Position numbers and translations under genes: made by a program
Shown: piece by piece, positions 50,300-60,829 of the stretch
Numbering within the stretch: the first letter of the stretch is position 1
How the letters are laid out: every line of letters starts with the position of its first letter
Notes under the pieces: generated by a model
Databases searched by the model: none
Told to the model about the DNA's origin: nothing
Seen by the model: the letters and a program-made list of their open reading frames with translations, nothing else
DNA from: Podarcis muralis
Taxonomy: Eukaryota
Reading direction: 5' to 3'
DNA: 64,000 nt
NCBI RefSeq assembly: GCF_964188315.1
Contig: NC_135661.1
Span: 81,778,001-81,842,000 of the forward strand

Positions 50300-50356
<57 letters not shown>

Positions 50357-53300
50357 TTATTATTTGTACCCTGCCCATCTGGCTGGGTTTCCCCAGCCAC
50401 TCTGGGCGGCTTCCACAAAGACCAAAAATGCACTAAGATGTCACACATTAAAAACTTCCCTGAACAGGGCTGCCTTAAGATGTCTTCTAAATGTCAGGTA
50501 GTTGTTTATCGCTTTGACATCTGGTGGGAGGGCATTCCACAGGGCGGGCGCCACTACCGAGAAGGCCCTCTGCCTGGTTCCCTGTAGCTTTGCTTCTCGC
50601 AGTGAGGGAACCGCCAGAAGGCCCTCGGTGCTGGACCTCAGCATCCAGACAGAACAATGGGGGTGGAGACGCTCCTTCAGGTATGATTAAACAACATCGG
50701 CCAGGAGGCAGAGAGGGAGGGCAGGCTTCTGGAATTCCATTTCCACCTTTGGGGACAAAGTGGTTTGGGGTGGGGGTGGGGCCCAGTTATTCAAATGGAA
50801 ACAGATGTTGCACAAAATTTGTACAGTGGTACCCCGCAAGACGAACGCCTCGCAAGACAGAAAACCCGCTAGACGAAAGGGTTTTCCATTTTGGAGGCGC
50901 TTCGCAAAACAAATTTCCCTATTGGCTTGCTTCGCAAGACGAAAGCCCATAGGGAAATCTCCGGGACAGCAGGGAAGCGCAGCGCGTCTTCCCCACTGTC
51001 CTTGGACCTCCTCCCACCGCCCGGCTTCGGAACGAAGCTCCGAAGCCAGACGGCGGGGCGGGAACGCCTCCTCCCGCCGCCCGGCATCGGAACGAAGCTC
51101 CGATGCTGGGCAGCGGGGCGAGAACGCCTCCTCCCGCCGCCTGGCATTGGAACGAAGCTCCGAAGCCGGGCGGTGGGGCGGGGACACCTTCTCCCGCCGC
51201 CCGGCTTCGGATGGCTTTCCTGAAGACTTGGGGTGGGAGGAGGGTTTTCCTTCCCACCGCCAACATTCAGAATGCTGTTCTGAATGTTGGCGGTGGGGAG
51301 GAAAAACCCTCCTCCCACGCAAGCCCCGGGAACAGAGGGAAAGCGCTGCGTGCCTTCCCCTCTGTTCCCGTACCTGTCCTGAAGGCTTGCGGTGGGGAGA
51401 AAAGCCCTTCTCCGCACCGCCAGCCTGGCAAGCGGTTTCCCTAGGAACGCATTAATTGATTTTCAATGCATTCCTATGGGAAACCGTGCTTTGCAAGACG
51501 AAAAACTCGCAAGAAGAAAAAAGTTGCGGAACGAATTAATTTCATCTTGCGAGGCACCCCTGTATTGTTATTGGGGAAGGGATGTTCCCTCAGCCATAAT
51601 ATGACCCTGAAATTGCAGGTATGCAGAGCAGAAAACTGAATATGACTTCAACAGTCAGTCGTGGTCTTTCTCACTGTGATTTATATCATTCATTCATTCA
51701 TTCATTGCCCTTAACCCTAAGGTCCCAGGGCAGGTTAGAACATGAAAACATTTAAAATGGTTTAAAACAACTTACAGTTACAGAAATCAGATGGGTCCTA
51801 AAAATATACACTGTCTGCAGATTTTATTTTATTTTAAAACCATGCACATACAATTCCTCCCATATGTTCAAAATGCCCCTCAACAGTTTAAAACTGTTGC
51901 AAAACTTCTCCATGGATGTCAAAGAAGGGAAGCTGGCGCTTGTGGGAGGCAGCTGAGAGCTTCCAGAAATAAACTTCTCACACGTGAATTCTTTGCTGTT
52001 TTTCCTCTTTCCTCAGTTCTATGGGAAGCAACAGACCTTCTCACGCAAGGTAAATCACAGGCCTTTAGGATATAGCCCAGATCCTGTTTTTGGAAGAAGA
52101 CCAGCTTTGGTGGGCTGGAGTGGTCTCAGAGCTCCGGGACTCCATGTCCACCTTTGGGGGTTAAATGAGGGTCCAATGATTCAGTGAACACAAATTGGGG
52201 GGACCCATGGAGGGTCCCTCAGCCAGAGAACGAACATGGCCTCTCCAGTTTTCCTGTGGGAAATGATTCTGTTCTTGTTTAAAATTGAGCTTGCCTAATG
52301 TGAACTGAAGCACAGTTAGCCTTCAAAATCCACATTTCCCTAAATGTTGCCATGCAGTTCTCCAGGCAAAAAAATATGTCCAGAAATGCATATACTAAAA
52401 TGTGCATATAAATGCATGTTTGTGAAAGCAACCCTACCAAAAATGATTGGTTTATTTTATTGGGGGAGGGGGTGTTGATTAGACAAAAGTACGTTAAAAA
52501 ATGGGTTCATTATGAGAAATTCGCACTCAAAAGATGGGAAAACAAGGAATTTAGAGAACCAAAATTGGCTCCAAGTGGGAAAATCAAAATTGGAAACAGA
52601 GTTGTTAGATCCAAAAATCAAGAATTTGTCAAGAATGTATAACTTGCTGTTGAAATGGAATACTCAGGATGAAACGGTGAAATCTGCCATGATTAAATGG
52701 GCACAAGATGTTGGACATAACATAATGATGGCTGACTGGGAACAGTTATGGACCACCGGTATGAAATTCACGGCATGTAATGCCTTAAGAGAGAATATTA
52801 TGAAAATGATTTATAGGTGGTACATGACACCAGTCAAGCTTGAAAAAATTTACCATTTGCCCGACAATAAATGTTGGAAATGTAAGGAGACTGAAGGTAC
52901 ATTATTTCACCTTTGGTGGACATGCCCAAGGATTAAGACATTCTGGGAGATGATTTATAATGAAATGAAAAAGGTATTTAAATATACCTTTCTGAAGAAA
53001 CCAGAGGCCTTTCTCCTGGGCATGGTCAGCCAATTGGTGCCAAAGAAGGATAGGACCTTTTTTATGTATGCAACAACAGCAGCAAGAATACTCATTGCGA
53101 AGTATTGGCAGACACAAGATTTACCCACCCGGGAAGAATGGCAGATGAAGTTGATGGACTATATGGAACTGGCGGAAATGACTGGCAGAATCTGAGACCA
53201 GGGAGAAGAGTCGGTGGAAGAAGACTGGGAAAAGTTTAAAGACTATTTACAGAAATACTGTAAAATTAATGAATGTTAGAAGAATGTTGGAATGAAGTTA

Positions 53301-54135
53301 TATGGCTTTAGTAGAAATGTTATAAGGAATTAAGTATAAATAGATTAATAGAATATTAAAGGAAAAAATAAGGTTAGAATGTGTTAAGATAATTATAGGA
53401 TAGAAAAGAGAGGAAGATGGAAAGGAATTGCTGAAACAATGAACAGAAGTGGAATACAAAAAGGGAGGTGTGAGGAGGTCGTGGAAATAAGTGAATGAAA
53501 GATAAGATATTGAAATTGTTTTATGTGTTTTAAACTGTTTTTGTTTCGTTTGTTAGTTTAATGTGTTAGTGTTATGTAGTGTCTCTGTATTGTATTGTTC
53601 TTTTTTGTAGTGTTTAAATTGTTGGAAAAGTAATAAATATTATTTAAAAAAAAAAGAACCAAAATTGGCAAAATTGGCAATCTGTACTTTTCTTGGTTCT
53701 GGTAAAGATTGACACCAGGCAGGTGCCTATCACTGTCCCCTAAGCCTAAGGCATGTACTCTTTACCTGTTCAAAGCATTTTTGTTTAGGCAAGCCTATCC
53801 ACGTGTGTAGGATGCTGACATGTCCTTTAATCAGGTTCTTAGCTGTATCCTGGGGGGCGGCATTGGGGAGAGGAGCTGGAAAAGTGGGGAGATGATTCTG
53901 GTCCTGTTTTGGGAACTCTGAGTCCCAAGCCCACCTCTGAGATTCTATTTGTTTCCTTAGGATGGAGAATCAGCTGATATTAAGCAGCCGACCTGGGTAA
54001 GTACCGGTGGGAGGAAAATAAGATTTGTGGGGCCCACATGTGGGTAATTAAAAAGAGAATCGGAAAATAGTGCCATCCTTTTTTTCCAGTTTCAGACCCC
54101 AACTTGGCCTGTCTCATGGTTCTGATTCCTCCTAA
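43008..54135 (+). CDS. Gene D: single-IgV CEACAM-like receptor L-N-TM-cyt, ~260 aa
   Basis: Exons 43008-43119, 46970-47338, 48132-48270 are well supported; candidate tail exons 50000-50047, 52017-52049, 53961-53996, 54090-54135 all chain in phase 2 (783 nt total). The 3' end is uncertain and an N gap follows the TM exon. Confidence 0.72.
43288..43770 (-). mobile_element. Bov-B LINE 3' fragment
   Basis: ORF 43295-43756 is Bov-B RT C-terminus. Confidence 0.92.
44290..44610 (+). mobile_element. Bov-B LINE 3' fragment with internal deletion
   Basis: KAMTNLDSILKSRDITLPTKVR joined directly to EGTRRRG; CAACAAC tail. Confidence 0.85.
45770..46165 (-). mobile_element. L1-clade LINE 3' fragment
   Basis: DYMGLAEMTGRIRDQGKETGEEDWKKYKDYL. 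Confidence 0.8.
46970..47338 (+). CDS. Gene D exon 2 (IgV N domain)
   Basis: Acceptor CACCTCTAG|GT, donor CAG|GTAAGG; 369 nt; HILSSCFLLTQA...SCLWTKG...YDGRQ...DCSMHIRNVTFDDIGLY. Confidence 0.92.
47391..47723 (-). mobile_element. Sauria SINE
   Basis: Consensus body and tail. Confidence 0.88.
47725..48015 (+). mobile_element. CR1 LINE 3' fragment
   Basis: GGGGGTTGGACTGGAT...GGTCCCTCCCA tail. Confidence 0.75.
48132..48270 (+). CDS. Gene D exon 3 (stalk + TM) ...SLTSGAIAGLAFGCIVGAILLGVMLITLLTLL
   Basis: Acceptor TCTCCACAG|, donor AG|GTGATG (phase 2); GAIAG TM start typical of CEACAM1-like proteins. Confidence 0.87.
48323..48842. other. Assembly gap (N), directly after gene D TM exon
   Basis: 520 N. 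Confidence 1.
49137..49286 (+). mobile_element. SINE with tRNA-Lys-like head and CR1-type tail (Squam3-like)
   Basis: TAGCTCAGTCAGTAGAGCA...CTCTTAA...GGTTCGAGTCC, then GGGTTGGACTAG...GATTCTGTGA. Family name tentative. Confidence 0.72.
50000..50047 (+). CDS. Gene D candidate cytoplasmic micro-exon SDDSDPTVVTIMPSTG
   Basis: TTTCTTTAG| ... CG|GTAAGT; open only in phase 2, matching the TM exon. Confidence 0.6.
50160..50690 (-). mobile_element. L2-like LINE 3' ends (related copies at ~24590-24900 and ~46490-46720)
   Basis: QGTRQRAFSVVAPALWNALP...TFRRHLKAALF; (TAA)n tail. Confidence 0.78.
50824..51562. mobile_element. TcMar-like non-autonomous element with internal 60-bp hairpin repeats
   Basis: TA|CAGTGGTACCCCGCAAGA...TCTTGCGAGGCACCCCTG|TA. 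Confidence 0.82.
51008..51211. repeat. 60-bp GC-rich minisatellite, ~3.4 units, each a hairpin
   Basis: Exact 60-bp period; unit CCGCCCGGCTTCGGA-ACGAAGC-TCCGAAGCCGGGCGG. Confidence 0.9.
52017..52049 (+). CDS. Gene D candidate cytoplasmic micro-exon RSMGSNRPSHA
   Basis: Long polypyrimidine tract TTTCCTCAG| ... AAG|GTAAAT; 33 nt. Confidence 0.55.
52480..53650 (+). mobile_element. L1-clade LINE 3' end (ORF2 CCHC knuckle + 3'UTR + polyA)
   Basis: CWKCKETEGTLFHLWWTCP; A-rich tail at ~53645. Confidence 0.88.
53961..53996 (+). CDS. Gene D candidate cytoplasmic micro-exon RMENQLILSSRP
   Basis: TTTCCTTAG| ... TGG|GTAAGT; 36 nt. Confidence 0.55.
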
Positions 54136-54151
54136 TTCCTAAGCTTTCTGA

Positions 54152-54470
54152 GCCAGTGTGGTGTAGTGGTTAAGAGTGGTGGACTCGTAATCTGGGGAAC
54201 CGGGTTCGCGTCTCCGCTCCTCCACATGCAGCTGCTGGGTGACCTTGGGCCAGTCACACTTTTCTGAAGTCTCTCAGCCCTACTCACCTCACAGAGTGTT
54301 TGTTGTGGGGGAGGAAGGGAAAGGAGAATGTTAGCCACTTTGAGACTCCTTTGGGGAGTGATAAAGCAGAATATCAAATCCAAACTCCTCCTCCTCCTCT
54401 TCTCCTTCTCCTCCTCCTCCTCCTCCTCCTCCTCCTCCTCCTCCGTCTTCTTCTTCTCCTCCTCCTCCTC
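54152..54470 (+). mobile_element. tRNA-derived SINE (Squam2-like) with (TCC)n tail expansion
   Basis: Same family; long CCT/CTT tail. Confidence 0.75.
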
Positions 54471-54976
54471 TATGGCTTGTCCCTTGGTTCTCTCTCAAGC
54501 CCCATCTGCAGTGGTGTAGTGGTCCAGGGTCAGGGTGGGGTCAAAGACCCGCTACTATTTCTGCAGCAGGGTCCCAGCAGGATCTCTATCTCCAACATCC
54601 AGGAGCTGCCCAATCAGCATGAAAGGGGAGTGCTTTAGCCACTGAGAAGGAGCCTTCTTTGTGCTGATTGGAGCTGATCGGAGTGAAAGGGGGGCGAGTC
54701 AGCCATTGAGGATTGGCTCCTAGGGTCATTCTGGAGAAGGTGCATGGGAGGAACCCCAAGGAGGAGTTGTTCTGTGTGATCTGAAGCTAAGCATTTAGGA
54801 ACTCTGGAAACCCAAAGTGCTTCCATTTCAAGAGAATGTCATGAAAGTTCCGTTACTGTCAGATTTCGGGGAATCAGATCCCTTCCCCCGGTGGCAGTAA
54901 ATAAGCAGATCAAACGAAAGGAGCGTTCTTACCAGATAAGTTCTTTAATGATCACAGCGAGAGACAAAGGAATGCA

Positions 54977-55432
54977 TGTTGTTGTTGTTGTTTAGTCGTT
55001 TAGTCGTGTCCGACTCTTCGTGACCCCATGAACCAGAGCACGCCAGGCACTCCTGTCTTGCACTGCCTCCCACAGTTTGGTCAAACTCATGCTGGTAGCT
55101 TCGAGAACACTGTCCAACCATCTCGTCCTCTTCCGTCCCCTTCTCCTTGTGCCCTCCATCTTTCCCAACATCAGGTTCTTTTCCAGGGAGTCTTCTCATG
55201 AGGTGGCCAATGTATTGGAGCCTCAGCTTCAGGATCTGTCCTTCCAGTGAGCACTCAGGGTTGATTTCCTTCAGAATGGAGAGGTTTGATCTTCTTGCAG
55301 TCCATGGGACTCTCAAGAGTCTCCTCCAGCACCATAATTCAAAAGCATCCATTCTTCGGCGATCAGCCTTCCTTATGGTCCAGCTCTCACTTCCATACAT
55401 CACTACTGGGAAAACCATAGCTTTAACTATAC
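54977..55432 (-). mobile_element. Bov-B LINE 3' fragment
   Basis: ORF 54945-55418; (CAA)n tail. Confidence 0.9.
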
Positions 55433-55592
55433 TATATGGAATGCATATCTCTCTAAAAAACGGTGTTGCTCCCAGTAAAGGTTCACCCCCTCCATCCCCA
55501 TTAATTTACATCACTCCTATGTTGGGTAATCTGAGCTTGTTGTCATTGCGCTTTCTGTTCTAACGCTTCCCAAGCCCTTCTAGTCTTAGGTG

Positions 55593-55633
<41 letters not shown>

Positions 55634-56310
55634 GCTGTCCAAGGACACTGAATCTGCCAGCTGTCTCTCTCTTGCCATTTCCTCTTCTAGCTGTTCCTCA
55701 CGTAGTATTTCCCAGCTTTTCCACTCTGCCCTTCTTCAAACCACTGTTCTAAATCAATACTGTCCTCCTGCCCTTGGTTCACAAAAAGTACCTCCTCACT
55801 ACAGTCCCTGACAGTTATGTAGAATGGAACTTCACCGAAAACACAAGTAACTGGGAAACAAGATACTGAAGCAGAAATGAGTAGATCTAGCAGAAAGACA
55901 AAACAAGGAGATCTCCACTGGTCATTGCAATGCATCCCTAACTATTATTATTGCATCACTGTAAGATTATTGTATAATCTTAGAGAAGGCTGTACAGTAG
56001 TACCTTGGGTTACATACGCTTCAGGTTACAGACTCCGCTAATCCTGAAATAATACCTCGGGTTAAGAACTTTGCTTCAGGATGAGAACAGAAATCGTGCT
56101 CCGGCGGCGCGGCAGCAGCAGGAGGCCCTATTAGCTAAAGTGGTGCTTCAGGTTAAGAACAGTTTCAGGTTAAGAATGGACCTCCAGAATGAATTAAGTA
56201 CTTAACCCAAGGTACCACTGTATAAGCTTAGAAGGGACGTGGACTCAGGACTTTTCCACCTCATTCTACCCCATGTCCCCATGTTGTCTGAGACCACAGA
56301 AGTTGGAGAT

Positions 56311-56839
56311 TGTCAGGGACGTGGCTGAATTGAATGCCTGGGAAGAGCCTCACTCTGGAGATGGAATGCCAGTACAGAGGGAGCCAGAGTCTGACTCTGG
56401 AGACGAGGGGATGCAATCATAGACAGAGCAGGAGTGGGTTAGTTCTGGCCCCCTTCATCAAGAGTTCCCAGGCTCAGATAGAGCCGCAGACTAGGAAAGC
56501 TCGCAGGCTAAGGGAGGGGAGGAGATAGATGGCATTGAGGGGGTTGCTAGGCAAACAGGAGGAAGGCAGCGTTTAGAGGACTTCGTTTGGGGAGGGGAGT
56601 CCACCCACCTTCTCCCTGAACCAGAAAACCTGAAAGGGTTAAAATGCAACAGAAGTACAAGAGAGGAAGGACTGGACTTGGGTGCCCTTTGTGCTGTGAA
56701 AGGGGAGGACCAACTCATAGCGAAGAGCAGCAGGCTCGGAGCCGCTCTCTGGATGTTAATTGTAAATAAACGTACCATAAAACTGCCAGAAACTCATTAA
56801 TTCTTACCGGAGCTTGCTTGCCTGCCTGAGACCATTACA
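56311..56839 (+). mobile_element. Solo LTR (529 bp)
   Basis: TGT...ACA termini; 5-bp TSD GAGAT; AATAAA near the 3' end. Confidence 0.82.
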
Positions 56840-57849
56840 GAGATCAAAGCTCCTTGATTCGATTTCTATGTCCAGCTTGGGTCAGACTCGGATTGTGGAA
56901 TGGGATTAGATCTGTAGCCTTCAAAGTCCTCAAAGAGGAAGGTGGTGGGGGGATGTGGCGGCTTCCACTTCTGGTCTCCTTCCTCTGATTCTAGGCTGGT
57001 TTTCTTCCAGGTGAAAGCAGAGATGGTTCTAGTCCAGAATTTAGTCAGCATTCAAGTCTTGGGCAGCATCAGCCAAGCCCGTGGACCCCCAACCACCACC
57101 ACTCCAGAAGAGGAGACCATATCCTTGGAAATCATGACGAAATAATCAACACCCTAAACACCAACGCCCACCCAAGCCTTCAGGGGCAGAAAAACAACAT
57201 GGCCCCTGATGAAATAAAAGCCTCCAGAACCCACTTCTGTCAGCATCTGAAATCCTTTGTACGGGACTGGGTTGGGATGGCTGTATACTCCATTAACTTC
57301 CATGGTATTACATAATGTATATATTATAATTGATAATATCATGGTGAATCACCTTGAATTAAGGGTATGCACTTGGACAGGAATAGATTTAGCCTTCCAT
57401 TTAATTTTCATTTTGAAAGATGCCTTTGTTTTGTTTATTTCCATGGACCTTGAATTCAATTTACTTTTGTTTCATTTCAGTTTTGCCTCCATTTTTGAAC
57501 TGATTTCAAGGGGGGGGCACACCCCTATCTGCTGCCTGTAACTTTGTTGTTTTCCATGGTGTGAGTGCTACACGGCATGTCTACTATAAATGGCGTTTAT
57601 CCAATCTGTCTGCCCAATCCTTTTGGGTCCTGCCCTGGGTCCTTTTGATTGTTGGAGACGTCTTGTGGGGGTAGCCAGCACGGTGCTCTTCAGGTGTTGT
57701 TAGACTACAGTTCCCATCACCCCTGACCATTGGCCGTGGTAGCAGGGGCTGATGGGAGTTGGAGTCTCACAACACCTGCAGGGTGCCATGTTGTTTCCCT
57801 CTAAGACTTGTGTACAACCGCCTAAGATGCCACCGAATTGTTGGAGGGC

Positions 57850-58690
57850 AAAGTTAAATTGTTAACAAAGATGTATAATTTGTTGTTAGAATGGTATACA
57901 AAAGATGAAGAGACCAATGAAGTTATTATAAAATGGGCTATTGACTTTGGGTATAATATTGAGTTTGAAGCTTAGTCAAAATTGTGGAATCAAAGTATAA
58001 AATTTTGTATGGCCTTAAAAGAGAATGTAATGAAAATGATGTATAGGTGGTATTTGACACTGGTGAAATTGGCCAAAATGTACAGGATGAGAAACAAATT
58101 ATGTTGGAAGTGCAAAGAGAAAGATGGAGATTTTTATTATATGTGGTGAGTTTGCGATAAAGTAAAAGCATTTTGGGAATTGATCTACAGTCAGTTAAAA
58201 AAGATGTTTAGCTATACCGTACTTTCCCCAAAAGACCAGAAGCATTTTTGCTGGGTTTGATGGGAGAAGAAATTGCAAAGGTAGACCAAGATTATTTATG
58301 TACGCCACAATGGCAGCAAGAACTTTATTAGCCCAAAGATGGAAATTGCAGGCGTTACCAACGATTGAGGGAGGAGTGGCAGATGAAGATGAGGGACTAT
58401 GTGGAACTAGCCAAGCTGACCGGTAGAATCCAGAACCAAGATGACCAAAAATTTCAAAGAGACTGGAGTAAATTTATTTGGTATATGAATAATTATTGTA
58501 AAAATGTGAAAACGCTAGCGGGATTGGAATAAATCTGGCAACGATAAACTTCTAGACCAATTGAGATAGAACTGATTTTAAAGGTATAAAGGTCAGAAAT
58601 TGATGTTTTAAAGTGTGATACAAGGACTTGAAAACAAAAAAACCAGCTGAAGGGCCGGAGGCAAGTCATAAGCTTGGCAAAGCAAAGATT
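57850..58690 (+). mobile_element. L1-clade LINE 3' fragment, degenerate
   Basis: ENVMKMMYRWYL...CWKCKEKDGDFYYMW similarity to 52480-53650. Confidence 0.8.
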
Positions 58691-59879
58691 ATACAGTGGT
58701 ACCTAAGGTTACATATGCTTCAGGTTACATACGCTTCAGGTTACAGACTCTGCTAACCCAGAAATAGTGCTTCAGGTTAAGAACTTTGCTTCAGGATGAG
58801 AACAGAAATTGGGCTCCGGCAGCGCGGCGGCAGGCCCCATTAGCTAAAGTGGTGCTTCAGGTTAAGAACAGTTTCAGGTTATTTGTTATTATAATGTTGG
58901 ATATGTAGCACACACGCAACAACAAAATGCTTTTGCGGTCCTGGGAGTTCCAAGCCAGCTGAGAGGCACGTGCTGCTCTGTAAAAGGAAAAATTCACCAG
59001 GCACACACACACACACACACACATACAAGGCTAGCAGGGCAGTACTGCAGAGCGAGCACAGCAGCCCAAAACCCACATGGCCGGGGGGGGGGGGCAGCAC
59101 TTACCTCACCAGCAAAGGTCCTGGAACCTGGAAGGAAAACAAGTGAGCCTGGGGTCATCGGTTCCTTATGCTGGCCCTCGCCCCACCCCAGGCGGCTGCC
59201 CATAGGCCTGCCGAGATGGGGGCAGGGCAATGGCCTCCCTGGAACACAGGTGGGTGGTTTACCTGTCCCAGGAGCCCACATAGTGTTGCAAACCCCGCCC
59301 ACCCAAGGGACGGGGCGAGCGAATATTGTTTGTTATTATAATGTTGGATATGTTGTGTTAAAAAAGGTAAGAACTAATAAAAAAATATATTTAAAAAAGA
59401 AGAAGAAAAAAGACGCCACATCTGCTAAACTGGATGAAAGGAGACTTGATTGTCAGAGACTTCAGGAGGACGTTGAACTCCTTTTAATTTTATTTTTTTA
59501 ACACTCCTTTGTGGAGAGACGGTACATTTTCTCAGAGTGACCCAAGTCTGGATGTCCCTATTATCATTGGAGAAATGTTGGAAGGTATGGAATTATCCAG
59601 CCCTCGAGCCGTCTGTATAGGGAAGGGTTTTTAAAAATATATATATTAATGTTTTTATATATGTTGGAATCTGCCCAGAGCAGCTGGGGCAACCCAGTAA
59701 GATGTGTGGAGTGTAAATAGTAAAATTATCATTATGGAATGGGACGTCTTTATTTTCATCAGAGGGTATGGGATCCGTTTTCAAAACAAGGCTTCCAATG
59801 TGAAATGAACGTAATGAGGTCCGTCCCCTCTGCACTATACATTTAAAGCAACGTTGCACCACTTGAAATAGCCCTAAAA

Positions 59880-60234
59880 GGTAAAGGTAAAGGGACCCCT
59901 GACCATTAGGTCCAGTCGCAACCGACTCTGGGGTCGCGGCGCTCATCTCGCTTTATTGGCCGAGGGAGCCAGCGTACAGCTTCCGGGTCATGTGGCCAGC
60001 ATGACTAAGCCGCTTCTGGCGAACCAGAGCAGCGCACGGAAATGCCGTTTACCTTCCCGCCGGAGTGGTACCTATTTATCTACTTGCACTTTGACGTGCT
60101 TTCAATCTGATAGGTTGGCAGGAGCAGGGACCGCGCAACGGGAGCTCACCCCGTCACGGGGATTCAAACCGCCAACCTTCTGATCGGCAACTCCTAGGCT
60201 CTGTGCTTTAACCCACAGCGCCACCCGCTTCCCT
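59880..60234 (-). mobile_element. Sauria SINE
   Basis: Consensus body and tail. Confidence 0.88.
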
Positions 60235-60717
60235 TTAATAGCCATAAGGTAAAGGTAAAGGTACCCCTGCCCGTACGGGCCAGTCTTGCCAGACTCTAGG
60301 GTTGTGCGTCCTATGGTTGGGTGCGTCCTATAGAGCGAAAAATACAGTATGTGTTTTTGTTTTTAAATCAAACGCAGCACTTCGGATATCTACAGTGTCC
60401 AACCTCTATAGCACACAGACTACAGGGACTATCGGAGTGATGTATGAGTCTCTAGTTTGCCTGTTTCAAAGCAGGAGAAAACTCATGGGGTCTCCCTCAG
60501 CTCATGACTCATATCTCTGCTTTATGACCTCTTTCTCCTGTTACCTGGGAGTTTGCACTAGGGGCTAAGGAGGCTCCCAAGCAGTGAAACATCTTGGGCT
60601 GAGGGGGAGAGGAAAAGCAGGGATGGGTGTCTGGGCTCAGCTGGGGATCCCAGTCACCACCATCAAAGAACTTGGGAGGAACCCAGACCCCAATCTGGGC
60701 ACGGAGAACCACCCAGG

Positions 60718-60829
60718 ATGCCCGTAAACCTCCCACCTGAAAGAACAACACGGACATCATGCAGACACCATTCTATAGCTTGGGGCCCCTCCAGATGTGC
60801 AAGATCCTGCCTGGTTCTGCTTCTAGCGG
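60718..60829 (+). CDS. Gene E exon 1 (37-aa leader)
   Basis: CCAGGATG context as in gene D; 112 nt; phase-1 donor. Confidence 0.78.

Noticed and set aside
51008-51211. CRISPR-like palindromic repeat array
   Set aside because: Eukaryotic context, no unique spacers, contiguous 60-bp units inside a TA-flanked MITE.
57011-57145. Terminal exon of gene D (VKAEMVLV...TK*)
   Set aside because: Good acceptor, but open only in phases 0/1; after the phase-2 chain it gives an immediate stop. Not excluded if an unseen exon shifts phase.
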